Origin: a virus
Lineage: Duplodnaviria; Caudoviricetes
Length of the DNA stretch: 64,000 nucleotides
Direction: 5' to 3' (one strand)
Virus record (IMG/VR): IMGVR_UViG_3300022074_000030
Span: 2,077-66,076 of that record
Positions 37,824 through 47,545 of this stretch are shown here, in pieces. Each line of letters starts with the position of its first letter. The first letter of the stretch is position 1. Below the pieces are notes generated by a model that ran no database searches, was not told the origin of the DNA, and saw nothing but the letters and a program-made list of their open reading frames with translations. Position numbers and translations under genes: made by a program.

Positions 37824-39542
37824 ATGGCTCCAAGAAAAACTTTAAATGATGTAGTAGAACAGTTAAAAGTTAATAACCAAACTACTGTTGATATAGACAC
37901 TGGTATAGCTGGTTTAGAGAATCAATTTGGAAAATTTTTCACAGATTTAAAAAGACAAAAGCTGGAAGATAGTAGAGAAGCAAAAGCGGCCAAGAGCGTA
38001 AACGTAGCTCCGGCTGTTAAACAAGCTGCAGGCGGCAAAGGCGGATCTGGATCAAGTATTTTTGGCGGTGTAGGAAAACTTGGTTTCTTAGGAGGATTGG
38101 GTGCGTTAGCTGCAGGTATAGGTTCAGCTGCAGGTGCAATATTAGCAGGACTAGGCCCAGCCGGTGTAGGACTAGGTGCTTTCTTTTTAGGATTAGCTGG
38201 TGCTGAGGCTATAATAAACAAGTTTGCATCAGCTGACGCTGGTGAAGGTATAAAAAAATTATTAATTAATTTATCTGAAGGTTTAAGTTCATTTAGCAAT
38301 AGATCATTTATTGCACTTGGAACAGTATTAGCTGCAGGTGTTCTGTTTCCAAAATCTACAGTAAAAGGTTTAGCTGCAGTAGGTTTAGGCCTAGCTGCAT
38401 TTTTTACTGCTCTCGCAGGATCAGATAAATTAATACAAATGATGAATGGTGATGGTGGTGCGAATTTAAACACACTATTAACAAATATCGCAGGAGGCTT
38501 AGACGCATTTAGCACTAAATCATTTCTAGCTCTTGGAGCAGCTATGAGTGCAGGTGCACTTCTTTCATTATTTCCCGGTGGGACTAAAGCAGCAACACTT
38601 GGTTTAGCAGCAATTGGAATCGGTATTGGAGCTTTTATTACATCTATAGCCGGCATATCTAAGTTAGGAGCGGTGTTAGGCATCGATGGAAGTGCATTTA
38701 AAGTTCTAATGACTAATATGGCTGCAGGTTTAAATGAGCTTACCGCTCTTGAAACTGAAGGATTATTGACAAAAGTTGGAGCAATAGGATTAATAGGGCC
38801 TGCCGTACTTGCGGCTATAACGAGTTTCACTGCAGCACAAGGCGTTGATAGTTTAATAAATGGTGCTAAAAAAGTTATAAACTTTATAACATTTGGTGCA
38901 GCTGGATTAGAAGACCAAGCTACTGCACGAAAAGGAATGATTCGAGATCTTGTAGATGCTATGAAACCTTTACAAGAAATACCATCTAATCTTGGAACTC
39001 AACTCGACTTATTAAGTTCTGGTTTACTAAAATTTGTTAAATCATTTAACCAAGCTGCTAACGATTTAGACATTGAAAAAATTACTAAAACATTTTTAGA
39101 GCTCGGAGCTACATTATCTATGACTCGTAATTTAGTTTTTGCTATGGCTAACGGTGGTGAATTTAAAAAACCCGGATTACTTAATAAAATAGCACGAGGT
39201 CTAAATTTAGGTGGAAAAATAGAGTTTGGAGAAGAAGGAAGTGGCGGACTTTTAGATCCTGCATTAAAGACAGACGATTTAGTAAAACAAGTACAAAAGA
39301 TTAATTTTACTCTTGGCAAAACAAATATAGTACCGACTGCTGGTCCAGCAATTACACCAAGTAGTAAACCAGTGACTGCTAGTAGCAATCCATCAGAAGG
39401 TGGAGGTAATGTTATTTCTACAAACACAGTAAACTCAGGTAATGTATACAACAGCGCCGGATTTGCTATTAACTCATCCGGCGCCAATGATCCTAGAAAT
39501 ATGTTTGGTACTCAAGCGCATAACGCAGCTGGATTATTCTAA
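37824..39542 (+). CDS. Tape-measure-like hub protein (gp29 position)
   Basis: 572 aa, A/G/L-rich amphipathic repeats; follows gp26/gp51. Confidence 0.65.
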   Translation: MAPRKTLNDVVEQLKVNNQTTVDIDTGIAGLENQFGKFFTDLKRQKLEDSREAKAAKSVNVAPAVKQAAGGKGGSGSSIFGGVGKLGFLGGLGALAAGIGSAAGAILAGLGPAGVGLGAFFLGLAGAEAIINKFASADAGEGIKKLLINLSEGLSSFSNRSFIALGTVLAAGVLFPKSTVKGLAAVGLGLAAFFTALAGSDKLIQMMNGDGGANLNTLLTNIAGGLDAFSTKSFLALGAAMSAGALLSLFPGGTKAATLGLAAIGIGIGAFITSIAGISKLGAVLGIDGSAFKVLMTNMAAGLNELTALETEGLLTKVGAIGLIGPAVLAAITSFTAAQGVDSLINGAKKVINFITFGAAGLEDQATARKGMIRDLVDAMKPLQEIPSNLGTQLDLLSSGLLKFVKSFNQAANDLDIEKITKTFLELGATLSMTRNLVFAMANGGEFKKPGLLNKIARGLNLGGKIEFGEEGSGGLLDPALKTDDLVKQVQKINFTLGKTNIVPTAGPAITPSSKPVTASSNPSEGGGNVISTNTVNSGNVYNSAGFAINSSGANDPRNMFGTQAHNAAGLF

Positions 39543-40426
39543 GCATCTTCCTTTGCTAACTTAGCAAAATAAGACATGGTGTCTTCATCTTCAGAACTGA
39601 TTTCTTCAACTGTAACAGGTTCAACTGCTGCAACTGGATCATTCATCTTGATTTCTTCTTTTACTGAATATGAACCTGCATTCATTTCTTCACCAAGAAC
39701 TCTCATCAATTTAGCTTTAAGTTCATCATATGTCTTGTAGTTCTTTGGATTAGTGAACTCAGTAATATCGTGCATTTGGTTATACACTTCTTCAAGTTTA
39801 GCTTCATCACTTTCAAGAAAAGGAGATGGAGAAGCAAACTCTGACTTATCATAGTTTCTATAACCTTCAACATTTCTTATCTTAAGTTTGAAGTTAGCAC
39901 CTTCCCAAAAATCAAATGCATCCATTGGAGTTTCATCTGCAAACTCCGGATTCATTTTATCCATAATCTTATCGAAGATTTTCTTTCCAAATTTATATAG
40001 AAATACTTTACCTTCGTTTTGAGGTGCTGATGGATCTTGAACTACATATATGTTTGTAGCATAATGTAATCTTCTTTTTTGAGATCTTGCTTTTTCTTTA
40101 TCGGCATCAATACCAGAATTCCAAAGCCTTGAATTTAATTCACCGACTGGATCGGTTTGACCTATTGATGTAAGTGAGTTTTCAATATACCATAAACCAG
40201 TTGGACCTTTAAAGCCGTGATCCCAATATCTTACAAATGGTATTGCACCATCTGCACCCGGAAGAAATCTGATAACGGCATAACCATTACCTGCTTTATC
40301 AACTGTAGGTTTCCACACTCTTTCATCTACGTAAGACTTTTGTTCGCCTCCGCCAACGGATTGTGCTGCTTCTATAATTTTATTGATGTTTGAACCGCGA
40401 TTGCGTTTTAATGTTTCAAATGACAT
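39539..40426 (-). CDS. gp32: Single-stranded DNA-binding protein gp32
   Basis: DKAGNGYAVIRFLP, WYIENSLT, GKKIFDKI, DFWEGANFKLKIR, YFAKLA. Confidence 0.97.
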   Translation of the reverse strand: MSFETLKRNRGSNINKIIEAAQSVGGGEQKSYVDERVWKPTVDKAGNGYAVIRFLPGADGAIPFVRYWDHGFKGPTGLWYIENSLTSIGQTDPVGELNSRLWNSGIDADKEKARSQKRRLHYATNIYVVQDPSAPQNEGKVFLYKFGKKIFDKIMDKMNPEFADETPMDAFDFWEGANFKLKIRNVEGYRNYDKSEFASPSPFLESDEAKLEEVYNQMHDITEFTNPKNYKTYDELKAKLMRVLGEEMNAGSYSVKEEIKMNDPVAAVEPVTVEEISSEDEDTMSYFAKLAKEDA

Positions 40427-40492
40427 AGTATTGTCTCCTTATTTGCTGAAATATTAACTGTATTATTACATTGTGTAGTATTATATATACGA

Positions 40493-40735
40493 CTACTCAA
40501 ATAGTGATGAGTCAATGGAATTCTTTTTAGGTAAAAAGTTTAAGTCCATTGCCTCTGCTTCAAGCTTATCTTTAATGACAGGTGATATGAACTTTCGGAT
40601 ATCTTCTATTTCGATATCATTAGTTTCACAGACTTTAATGATAGCATCCATATATGGTATCTTAAGTTCACCAACTGTACTTTCGATAAGCTTTGTAAAT
40701 TTAGACTTTGTTAAAAATTGTTCTTCTATTTTCAT
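40493..40735 (-). CDS. gp33: Late transcription coactivator gp33
   Basis: YMDAI...C....IE, KDKLEAEA..LNFL. Confidence 0.9.
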   Translation of the reverse strand: MKIEEQFLTKSKFTKLIESTVGELKIPYMDAIIKVCETNDIEIEDIRKFISPVIKDKLEAEAMDLNFLPKKNSIDSSLFE

Positions 40736-41877
40736 TTGTCTAAAACCCTTAGTAAGATTGTATCTTTATTGATTCTACCATTAGGTACTTTCGTTTTAGT
40801 TTTAAGAGTTTCCCAAGCATCATTTATTTGCTTTGGTGTTTTCTGTAAAACAATCGGTAAGAAATCAAGTGGTTTACGTAAACACACTGTTCTACTTAAA
40901 CCTGTTGAAATATTCTTAATGGTTGAACCAGATATTTCAAATCCATTAGGACTTTCGGTAACATATTCAATAATCATTTTACTTTTAGTATTGAATGCAT
41001 ATAACCTTGTCTTTGTAGGTATTTGAATTGGATTGATTGATACGATTTTGAAATCGATATCTTCTTTCTTATATTGTACTTTAGCAACTTGCTTATCAAC
41101 TGACTTAGGTCTTTTGATTTTAACATTTCTTGATGCTTTAGTTGCAGACCTAATTCTTTCTAAGTCTTCCAACATTGCAGTACATATTTTAATTCGTTGA
41201 TTGAGAGTTGACCTTTTTAGGTGGGAGTAACCTTCAACTGCTTGATCACATCGTTTGTGGTAAGCATCCTCATAGTCAAGGAGCCAACCCTCAATCATAG
41301 GCTTAACGTGGCTTATAGCTGTATTCGTTAGGCCGTGGTACTTGAATCTATCATATATATTGATTGTGGCTTCGTCACCATCGATCCACTTGTCTTCTAG
41401 TTCAAGTAATTCTTGCATAATAGTATTATTAATCTTACGTACTAATTTTTCTTGTGGTGATATAGTAATTATATTACTTTTAGCTTTTCTTTCAGCTTGC
41501 TTTTCTTTGTAAATGATTTTACCTTTTTCGATTAATGGTATCATCTTGTCAAACAAATGAGATAAGAAATCTGGAGCTTTATCAGACTCAACTGTTTTAT
41601 TTAAATCGTTGTTATACCAAAAAGCTGTAGCTGCATGATGTGTCATAGTAAAATGATATTCTGGATTAGCTAAAATATATTTAGATGGTTGTGGAAAGTT
41701 TTTCTTAATCCAAGTTTTAATTTGACTTATGCAATCTTTCTTATCAACTTGTAAATGAAAATAATCTTTTACTGCATCAAATCCTTTATCAATTGGAACA
41801 CCAGCTAAACCAGTTCTAGCTCTTGCTCTTAATACTTTCTTTTTAGTCTTTTTACCTTTTAGTGCTTGTAAACCCAT
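40732..41877 (-). CDS. Conserved hypothetical protein of T4-like phages
   Basis: 381-aa ORF with RBS; EGYSHL, LRKP, NGRIN..TILL motifs. Confidence 0.7.
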   Translation of the reverse strand: MGLQALKGKKTKKKVLRARARTGLAGVPIDKGFDAVKDYFHLQVDKKDCISQIKTWIKKNFPQPSKYILANPEYHFTMTHHAATAFWYNNDLNKTVESDKAPDFLSHLFDKMIPLIEKGKIIYKEKQAERKAKSNIITISPQEKLVRKINNTIMQELLELEDKWIDGDEATINIYDRFKYHGLTNTAISHVKPMIEGWLLDYEDAYHKRCDQAVEGYSHLKRSTLNQRIKICTAMLEDLERIRSATKASRNVKIKRPKSVDKQVAKVQYKKEDIDFKIVSINPIQIPTKTRLYAFNTKSKMIIEYVTESPNGFEISGSTIKNISTGLSRTVCLRKPLDFLPIVLQKTPKQINDAWETLKTKTKVPNGRINKDTILLRVLDK

Positions 41878-41891
41878 ATTAAACTCCCATT

Positions 41892-42137
41892 CTATATGTT
41901 ATGTGTTTTGATGTAATCATGTGTAGCGCCAATAACCATATTAGGATATTCGCCTAAGTATGTACCAGCATCTAACATTTCTCTAGTAACTAAGTGTTTA
42001 TGCATATGTTGTATATTATCATAGTTAGCAAGAATGTCTTTACCTAACTGATCAAACTCGTGATCAGTTATTAAATTTTTATCCAGCTTATAATATGCAT
42101 AAGAACACATTAGATATTTTGCTATAGGATTTTTCAT
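41892..42137 (-). CDS. Small protein resembling the NAD-ligase Ia helical domain
   Basis: SYAYY....LITDHEFD motif. Confidence 0.5.
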   Translation of the reverse strand: MKNPIAKYLMCSYAYYKLDKNLITDHEFDQLGKDILANYDNIQHMHKHLVTREMLDAGTYLGEYPNMVIGATHDYIKTHNI

Positions 42138-42337
42138 TATGCATGACCTCTTAATTTAAGAGACTCTTGCATTGCTTCAGTATCGGTGTAATACTTATCC
42201 TGATGAGCAATGTTGATTTTAGTAGATATGGCTGCTGCCAATCCACTGTTCTTTTCGATGAGCTTTTGTGCAAACTCATCTTGGTGAATTGGTGACATAG
42301 CTTCTAGTTGTTTGATAATTGTATCATAATTAAACAT
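42137..42337 (-). CDS. Early hypothetical protein
   Basis: Start reassigned to ATG 42337 after GGGAG RBS and promoter. Confidence 0.6.
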   Translation of the reverse strand: MFNYDTIIKQLEAMSPIHQDEFAQKLIEKNSGLAAAISTKINIAHQDKYYTDTEAMQESLKLRGHA

Positions 42338-42369
42338 AATATAAACTCCCGATTTTTTATTATAGTTAT

Positions 42370-42410
42370 ATTCTACCACAGTTTTACGTAAATGTAAAGG
42401 AAAAAATGCA
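42370..42410 (-). promoter_or_regulatory. Early sigma70-type promoter
   Basis: TTTACA-17 bp-TAGAAT with TG extension and conserved upstream TGCATTTTTTCC. Confidence 0.8.
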
Positions 42411-42421
42411 CAAAATGCAAA

Positions 42422-42784
42422 TTAATTTCTCCTCATTGTTGAGTACTCTTTAGGATCTGCATCTTTAGTTACAGGTACCATGTTAGATTTATGCATGGTG
42501 GCGATACCTGTAATGAATGTACCTGTGTACGCATTTGTTTTAGACTTACCAACAACTTTACCTACATAGTTGCTTGTTGGTAGAGAACGTGAGTGTTCCT
42601 TGTAATTAGGAGCACTAATGCCTGAATCTTTCTTTTTGTTTTTAAGTTGACTAGGATGTACACCGCGTGACATAAGCCACTTATCATGTTCAGCTTGAGC
42701 TTTTTGCCAACCGGCTTTGCGGAAAGGCTTTTTCTTTTTAGTACTATTGTTATTGTAATAAACTGGTAACAGATGCATTGTCAT
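42422..42784 (-). CDS. Conserved hypothetical protein
   Basis: YTG..I.GIATMHKSN.VPV motif of T4-like phages. Confidence 0.7.
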   Translation of the reverse strand: MTMHLLPVYYNNNSTKKKKPFRKAGWQKAQAEHDKWLMSRGVHPSQLKNKKKDSGISAPNYKEHSRSLPTSNYVGKVVGKSKTNAYTGTFITGIATMHKSNMVPVTKDADPKEYSTMRRN

Positions 42785-42995
42785 AATTTACGGCTCCAAA
42801 TAATTTAGTTAAATCAATATATCCATAGTTGATTGCAAATAGTATACCTACAACAATCATGATAATTAGTGCATTACGAAAGAACCAACCAACTATGGAA
42901 AAGAATACTCCTACAATCAATGCTCCAGCTACCGCGAAGAAGAGGAGTTGAAAAAATAGTGGAAGCATTGATTGTATCTCGGAAGGACTAGGCAT
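42750..42995 (-). CDS. Small membrane protein
   Basis: Two hydrophobic segments; overlaps both neighbours. Confidence 0.55.
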   Translation of the reverse strand: MPSPSEIQSMLPLFFQLLFFAVAGALIVGVFFSIVGWFFRNALIIMIVVGILFAINYGYIDLTKLFGAVNYDNASVTSLLQ

Positions 42996-43185
42996 AAAGC
43001 TCTAGCTCCTTTTGTGCCTCCTCAGGAGTGGCAAAGTAACCACTGTACCTGTTGTACGGCTGGATAAATCCTTCGGACTTATCTATCTTGCCAACATACC
43101 AACCGGCAGCTGAGGCCATAACGATGGCTTCTGATACACCATCATTATCGAATTGAATATCTTTGATTTCTTTTTGAATTTGCAT
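42988..43185 (-). CDS. Early hypothetical protein
   Basis: SAAGWYVG...PYNR.SGYF motif; GGAG RBS; promoter upstream. Confidence 0.65.
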   Translation of the reverse strand: MQIQKEIKDIQFDNDGVSEAIVMASAAGWYVGKIDKSEGFIQPYNRYSGYFATPEEAQKELELYA

Positions 43186-43221
43186 TTTAGTTTCTCCGCT
43201 TTTTTAATTTTTAATAGATAT

Positions 43222-43274
43222 ATTATACCATATTTTTTAGCAGATGTAAAGGAAAAAATGCATTTAATTTAAAA
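43222..43274 (-). promoter_or_regulatory. Early sigma70-type promoter
   Basis: TTTACA-17 bp-TATAAT, TG extension, AT-rich UP-like tract. Confidence 0.85.
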
Positions 43275-43293
43275 AAAGTGATTAACATGTTAA

Positions 43294-43476
43294 TTATGTT
43301 TTATCTCTTTGAATAGCATCTGGTCCAGAGTTAGATGATAACTCTGAACTTTTATTTTGCAAAGCATCCAGCTGCGCTCTAAGTTCTTTTATACGATTAT
43401 ATAAAGTATACTTTTCTTTAGTTTCTTCAGCTAGTTGCTTTTTAAGTAGATCAATATTAGTGAAAGGTTTCTTCAT
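43294..43476 (-). CDS. Small coiled-coil hypothetical protein
   Basis: Likely start MKKPF at 43476 with GGAGG upstream. Confidence 0.5.
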   Translation of the reverse strand: MKKPFTNIDLLKKQLAEETKEKYTLYNRIKELRAQLDALQNKSSELSSNSGPDAIQRDKT

Positions 43477-43657
43477 CTTCAACTTCCTCCAACTTAAATA
43501 TAAATTCGATACCGTTATCATTATGAGATTGATGAACCATTTCGCCAAGCTCATAGTCTTGATCTTCAACGGTAAAAACTATTTCATTTTCGTCATTAAA
43601 TTTTTTAGCGGTTGCTTTTTTGAAATCGATAATATTGGATTTATTTTTTTTAGACAT
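43457..43657 (-). CDS. Small acidic hypothetical protein
   Basis: AGGAG RBS; NIIDF motif. Confidence 0.55.
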   Translation of the reverse strand: MSKKNKSNIIDFKKATAKKFNDENEIVFTVEDQDYELGEMVHQSHNDNGIEFIFKLEEVEDEETFH

Positions 43658-43742
43658 TAGTTTCTCCTGTATTTAGTTACTATGTTCCTGTACCAATTGC
43701 TGGTGCAGATGTGTTCTAAATACTTTTTTACTTTATAGATCT

Positions 43743-43780
43743 ATTATACTATAGTTTTCAACAAAAGTAAAGGAAAAAGT
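43743..43780 (-). promoter_or_regulatory. Early sigma70-type promoter
   Basis: TTTACT-17 bp-TATAAT with the same upstream TTTTTCC. Confidence 0.75.
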
Positions 43781-43782
43781 GA

Positions 43783-44184
43783 TTAACTTGTTAAATGCTT
43801 CGCGTGTATTTTACAACCTATAAAGTTGTTATAATAATCTTCACGTAATAGTACATCATTATCAAATTGTAGTTTTGCTTCATGATATGACATATCACCT
43901 TTAGTCTTACAGAGTCTTAAGATCTTTCGACTGAAGGTTTTCTCTCCTCGTGATTCCACAAGTCTACGTACTTCATCTGATGATCCGTAATATTCTTTCC
44001 AGTCAGATTCAGTACGTGTTCGTACGCGTCTCTTACGTGTTTTAGTGATGGGGAGCGTTTTAGGTTTCCAGAAATTCTTCTTTCCAATATATTTTTTACC
44101 GGTGTCGATTTCTGTGATTTCGTATACAAAGCCTTGATACTCCTCTGGCGTAGTTTCAAATAGTTTATTATTGTAATGCCACAT
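43783..44184 (-). CDS. GIY-YIG family nuclease
   Basis: GFVY(9)YIGKK, YYGSS, E..LQF, YYN. Confidence 0.75.
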   Translation of the reverse strand: MWHYNNKLFETTPEEYQGFVYEITEIDTGKKYIGKKNFWKPKTLPITKTRKRRVRTRTESDWKEYYGSSDEVRRLVESRGEKTFSRKILRLCKTKGDMSYHEAKLQFDNDVLLREDYYNNFIGCKIHAKHLTS

Positions 44185-44192
44185 AATGTTAT

Positions 44193-44321
44193 TTATTCAG
44201 ATGATTCAACTTCCTCTGGCTCTGCTCTTCTTCCACACATTGAACAGAAAGTAGGTTCTTTGTAAGATGCTACATATGTTATTTCATCACACTCTTCACA
44301 CTCTATTTTGTAATCCTTCAA
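44193..44321 (-). CDS. 42-aa zinc-ribbon protein
   Basis: Hand translation from TTG: MKDYKIECEECDEITYVASYKEPTFCSMCGRRAEPEEVESSE (CxxC..CxxC). Confidence 0.6.
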   Translation of the reverse strand: MKDYKIECEECDEITYVASYKEPTFCSMCGRRAEPEEVESSE

Positions 44322-44502
44322 TGATCTCTCTCTTTCTTCTATCAGATGCTTTAAACCACTCAGCTATTTCATGAGTAGTTCTTCCACATCCAATACATAG
44401 TTCATTTTCAACTTTACATATTTTTACGCAAGGTGAAACTATCTTAGAAGTCGATTTCACAGGCACCACCTGCGCATGCGGCTGCAGCGAGTGTATCAAC
44501 AT
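44296..44502 (-). CDS. DUF1289-like Cys-rich protein (true start probably downstream)
   Basis: SPCVKIC....CIGCGRT..EI..W. Confidence 0.75.
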   Translation of the reverse strand: MLIHSLQPHAQVVPVKSTSKIVSPCVKICKVENELCIGCGRTTHEIAEWFKASDRRKREIIEGLQNRV

Positions 44503-46657
44503 CGGTATACTTCTTTTCTGTTATATCTTCTTTCCAATCAATTTGTTTTAAATTTGATTGAATCTTTTTCCATTTATGCAATAGGTATGCGTCTTTTAGA
44601 CAACCTTCAGATACTTTAGTATCTCCATCACAATAATTATCTGCAAAGTTTTCAAATCTACGCACCCAATCTTTTCTAGCAGAATTCTCTGAAGACTCTA
44701 CTGATAAGTCTAAACCAAAGCCTTGTGCAGTTGAACATGCATCCCATAGGTTTGGATATACTTTAAGTGCATCTACAACTAAGCCTGAAGCAAATATAGA
44801 TGCATCACCATATTTCTTAACCATAGTCTTGGAATCAATGACACCTGTATTAGGAGCTTGATTATAGTCTTTATCGCCAGTCATTGCTAAAAATGAAATA
44901 CCTGCAAATGCATCACGATTTTCATAAACATATTTTTCTACATTATCCCAATCATCTACAATGATAGTATTTGATACGTTATGTCTTATACCTTTATCTG
45001 CACAAAGATCTTCATTAGTACCAGTTTCAACCCAATGCTTTTGAGCTTTCTTAACAAGTTCAAGGTGTTTAATACCTAGCAAATCATCTTTATACATTGA
45101 ACCTTTCTTAGGTAGTATTGGAAATGAAACAACTACATCAGTACCTGTTGATGACCATACTGACTCTTCAACCATATATGGATTAGTCTTCATGATTGCT
45201 TGAGTAATTTCTGATTCTTTATTCATCTGCACATTTCTAATGTACATATTCGAATGTTCGGCATGAATACCCGACGCTGTTTGTAATAATACGGATGCAT
45301 TACCACTTGGTTTTACACAAGTTGTTCTTGCAGCTGCATTAATACCTATTATCTGTGCAACTTCTTTGTTAACTTCTTTAACAATTTTTGCACCTTTTTC
45401 AAGTATCTTTTCATTAAAAAGAATATCTGGATTATTCATCCATCCAGTTATGGAGACTCCAAGTAATGCTTCTCTATCGAATATCAATTTAGAAGTATCG
45501 GTTAAAAACTTAAAGTCTGTGTACCCTGCTTGTAGGGTACCGAGGATAGACGCTGCTCGGCATGCCTTATAAAAGTCCTCCTCGGTATTGCATTTGCCTC
45601 CGTTGATTTCAGTTAGGTTGCAACCTTGCCAACCTGACTTTTTATTGATCTGAGGATACATACCAATCTCCACACATGGATTTGTAGTATGTTCTGTAGA
45701 CTCAACGAAAACGAATCCGGGTTCACCAAATTGCTTGACTGATTCCATGATCTTTCCAAACTCTTCTGGTGTGGTCTTATCTCTTACAATAACTGCAGAG
45801 TTATTTGACCTTCCTCTTTGAGGATTATCCATGAACCAATTACCAGTTTTAGCATTCATCATTTCTTCATCATCTGGTGAGAAAAGACAAATTGTTGCTG
45901 ACCTACGTACGCCACCCGACAATACAGCATCAGCTGCATGCATTGTAATATCATATGCGTTTATAGGTTTTAACGGTGTTGGTTCTTTGGAATCTAATAC
46001 AATACCTTGAAGTAAATGTTCTATTTTATCTAGTGATTTACGTAAACCTTCTGGTCCTGGTGCTTTAAAGCCGCCAGATATTTTAGCACCTTTAGGTCTT
46101 ATTTGCGATAAATCAAAGAAAACTCTTCTTCCTTCGTAGTCTGGATATTTACCTCCACCAACGAAAAAAGATGACATTAAAATGTCTAATGCTGAAGCCC
46201 AACCTTCAATTGAATCTTCAACTATATAACCTTTCGCTTGTTTAGTTCTATTTTGAATTTTCGGTAATTTTTTGATATGATGCTTTTGTACAGAGAAACC
46301 TGCACCAGCACCACATAACAAGATATAGAATACCTCGCCAAAAAATTCCGGCCTATTAATATATGAAGATGTACAGTTGTACATTCTCATTTGATGTTTC
46401 ATTAATTGATCACCACCAAACTGTAGAGCTCTTTGAGCACCAAGAACACGCTGTTCTTTATATGCTGTACGTGCTTCTTCTACAAATGGTTGTAGTCTAT
46501 TATTATTAGTAATATAGTTTTGTTCGTGCATATCGATTACACGATCTACAGCCTCATCCCAAGTTTCATATCTTCCTTCGCTCTCTTTATATCTTGAGTA
46601 GCCTTCGTAAAACTTCGTTTGAGACAAAAAATTCCTTGTGTCAACAAATTGTTGCAT
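44444..46657 (-). CDS. nrdJ: Class II (adenosylcobalamin) ribonucleotide reductase
   Basis: NC, GGVRRSA, SNNS, NPCVEI, CNLTEIN, TCVKPSG, C-terminal CxGGxC; no nrdB nearby. Confidence 0.9.
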   Translation of the reverse strand: MQQFVDTRNFLSQTKFYEGYSRYKESEGRYETWDEAVDRVIDMHEQNYITNNNRLQPFVEEARTAYKEQRVLGAQRALQFGGDQLMKHQMRMYNCTSSYINRPEFFGEVFYILLCGAGAGFSVQKHHIKKLPKIQNRTKQAKGYIVEDSIEGWASALDILMSSFFVGGGKYPDYEGRRVFFDLSQIRPKGAKISGGFKAPGPEGLRKSLDKIEHLLQGIVLDSKEPTPLKPINAYDITMHAADAVLSGGVRRSATICLFSPDDEEMMNAKTGNWFMDNPQRGRSNNSAVIVRDKTTPEEFGKIMESVKQFGEPGFVFVESTEHTTNPCVEIGMYPQINKKSGWQGCNLTEINGGKCNTEEDFYKACRAASILGTLQAGYTDFKFLTDTSKLIFDREALLGVSITGWMNNPDILFNEKILEKGAKIVKEVNKEVAQIIGINAAARTTCVKPSGNASVLLQTASGIHAEHSNMYIRNVQMNKESEITQAIMKTNPYMVEESVWSSTGTDVVVSFPILPKKGSMYKDDLLGIKHLELVKKAQKHWVETGTNEDLCADKGIRHNVSNTIIVDDWDNVEKYVYENRDAFAGISFLAMTGDKDYNQAPNTGVIDSKTMVKKYGDASIFASGLVVDALKVYPNLWDACSTAQGFGLDLSVESSENSARKDWVRRFENFADNYCDGDTKVSEGCLKDAYLLHKWKKIQSNLKQIDWKEDITEKKYTDVDTLAAAACAGGACEIDF

Positions 46658-46693
46658 CTCGTTTACCTCTTACCTTTTTGATTATTTGTATCT

Positions 46694-46722
46694 ATTATAT
46701 ATTAAAAATGAATCTTTGTAAA
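46694..46722 (-). promoter_or_regulatory. Sigma70-type promoter for nrdJ
   Basis: TTTACA-17 bp-TATAAT. Confidence 0.7.
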
Positions 46723-46729
46723 GGACTTT

Positions 46730-46945
46730 TTAATCATTTTTTGAAAAATATTTTTCTATCATTTCAATTCTATCATGTGCCGAAGCCATCTTATCGAGTT
46801 CTGCAATTACAGCTTCAGTTACATCACTGTGTTCTCCTATACCGGCCGGCATAGTTTGGTATACTTTAATGTTAGCCTTATGTACTTCAAGTTGTCCTTC
46901 AGCATGTTTCTTAGCTGCTAATAATAAATGATCGCCTGCTTTCAA
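46730..46945 (-). CDS. Conserved small protein of marine phages
   Basis: HKANI.VY...PAGIGEHSD motif. Confidence 0.7.
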   Translation of the reverse strand: MKAGDHLLLAAKKHAEGQLEVHKANIKVYQTMPAGIGEHSDVTEAVIAELDKMASAHDRIEMIEKYFSKND

Positions 46946-46954
46946 TTTAATCTC

Positions 46955-47545
46955 CTATATGATTTTTGCGTTTACTTTTCTATGTTTATTCCAAGCAACA
47001 AATCCACCTATTCTTAAAGCCCAATAAGCTAATTTATTTAATAGATGAAATCCATTTTGCTCAATGTTAATATCACGAAATATTAGATCTGCTTTTTTCT
47101 GAGTAATATTTCCTATAGTTTTCTTTTTAGTTTTAGTATTTTTCAATAATGTTTCATACTTGTATGCAAAGTCATGTACTAATCCACCCATTAACAATAC
47201 GCCTGTAGGTGATAGCCACGTATGTAAGAATTTTGGAATAGATGCACCGTCAAAAGTAAATCCTGCTGGAATGACATACCAATCTCCTTCCATTCTAAAA
47301 ACCCAGTCTTCTGCAACCGTCCAATTACGTGTACCCATTAGCCACATCCATATTGCTCCCCAAAAACCTTTACCTGCTGTAGGTATTGCTATAGGTTGTA
47401 GCTTTGGCATTTCTTTATATTCAAATCCAATAATGACATCATCACAATCAACACCGAACATGTTAACTATAAATCCAATAATAATTAGTACACCAACCAC
47501 AGTAAATTGCCACCACGTGACAAGTTGATCTATTATAAATTCCAT
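46955..47545 (-). CDS. DUF1353-like membrane protein
   Basis: IPAGFTFDGASIP, LVHDFAY, AD.IF, ALRIGG; N-terminal TM segment. Confidence 0.8.
   Translation of the reverse strand: MEFIIDQLVTWWQFTVVGVLIIIGFIVNMFGVDCDDVIIGFEYKEMPKLQPIAIPTAGKGFWGAIWMWLMGTRNWTVAEDWVFRMEGDWYVIPAGFTFDGASIPKFLHTWLSPTGVLLMGGLVHDFAYKYETLLKNTKTKKKTIGNITQKKADLIFRDINIEQNGFHLLNKLAYWALRIGGFVAWNKHRKVNAKII

Noticed and set aside
37922-39487. Long minus-strand ORFs (302 and 162 aa) opposite the tape-measure-like gene
   Set aside because: Antisense shadows of Ala/Gly/Leu codons; the plus-strand gene fits the synteny.
44444-46657. Intein or intron in nrdJ, with the nearby GIY-YIG gene as its homing endonuclease
   Set aside because: The ORF is continuous, of normal size and lacks splicing motifs; the nuclease gene is short and free-standing.
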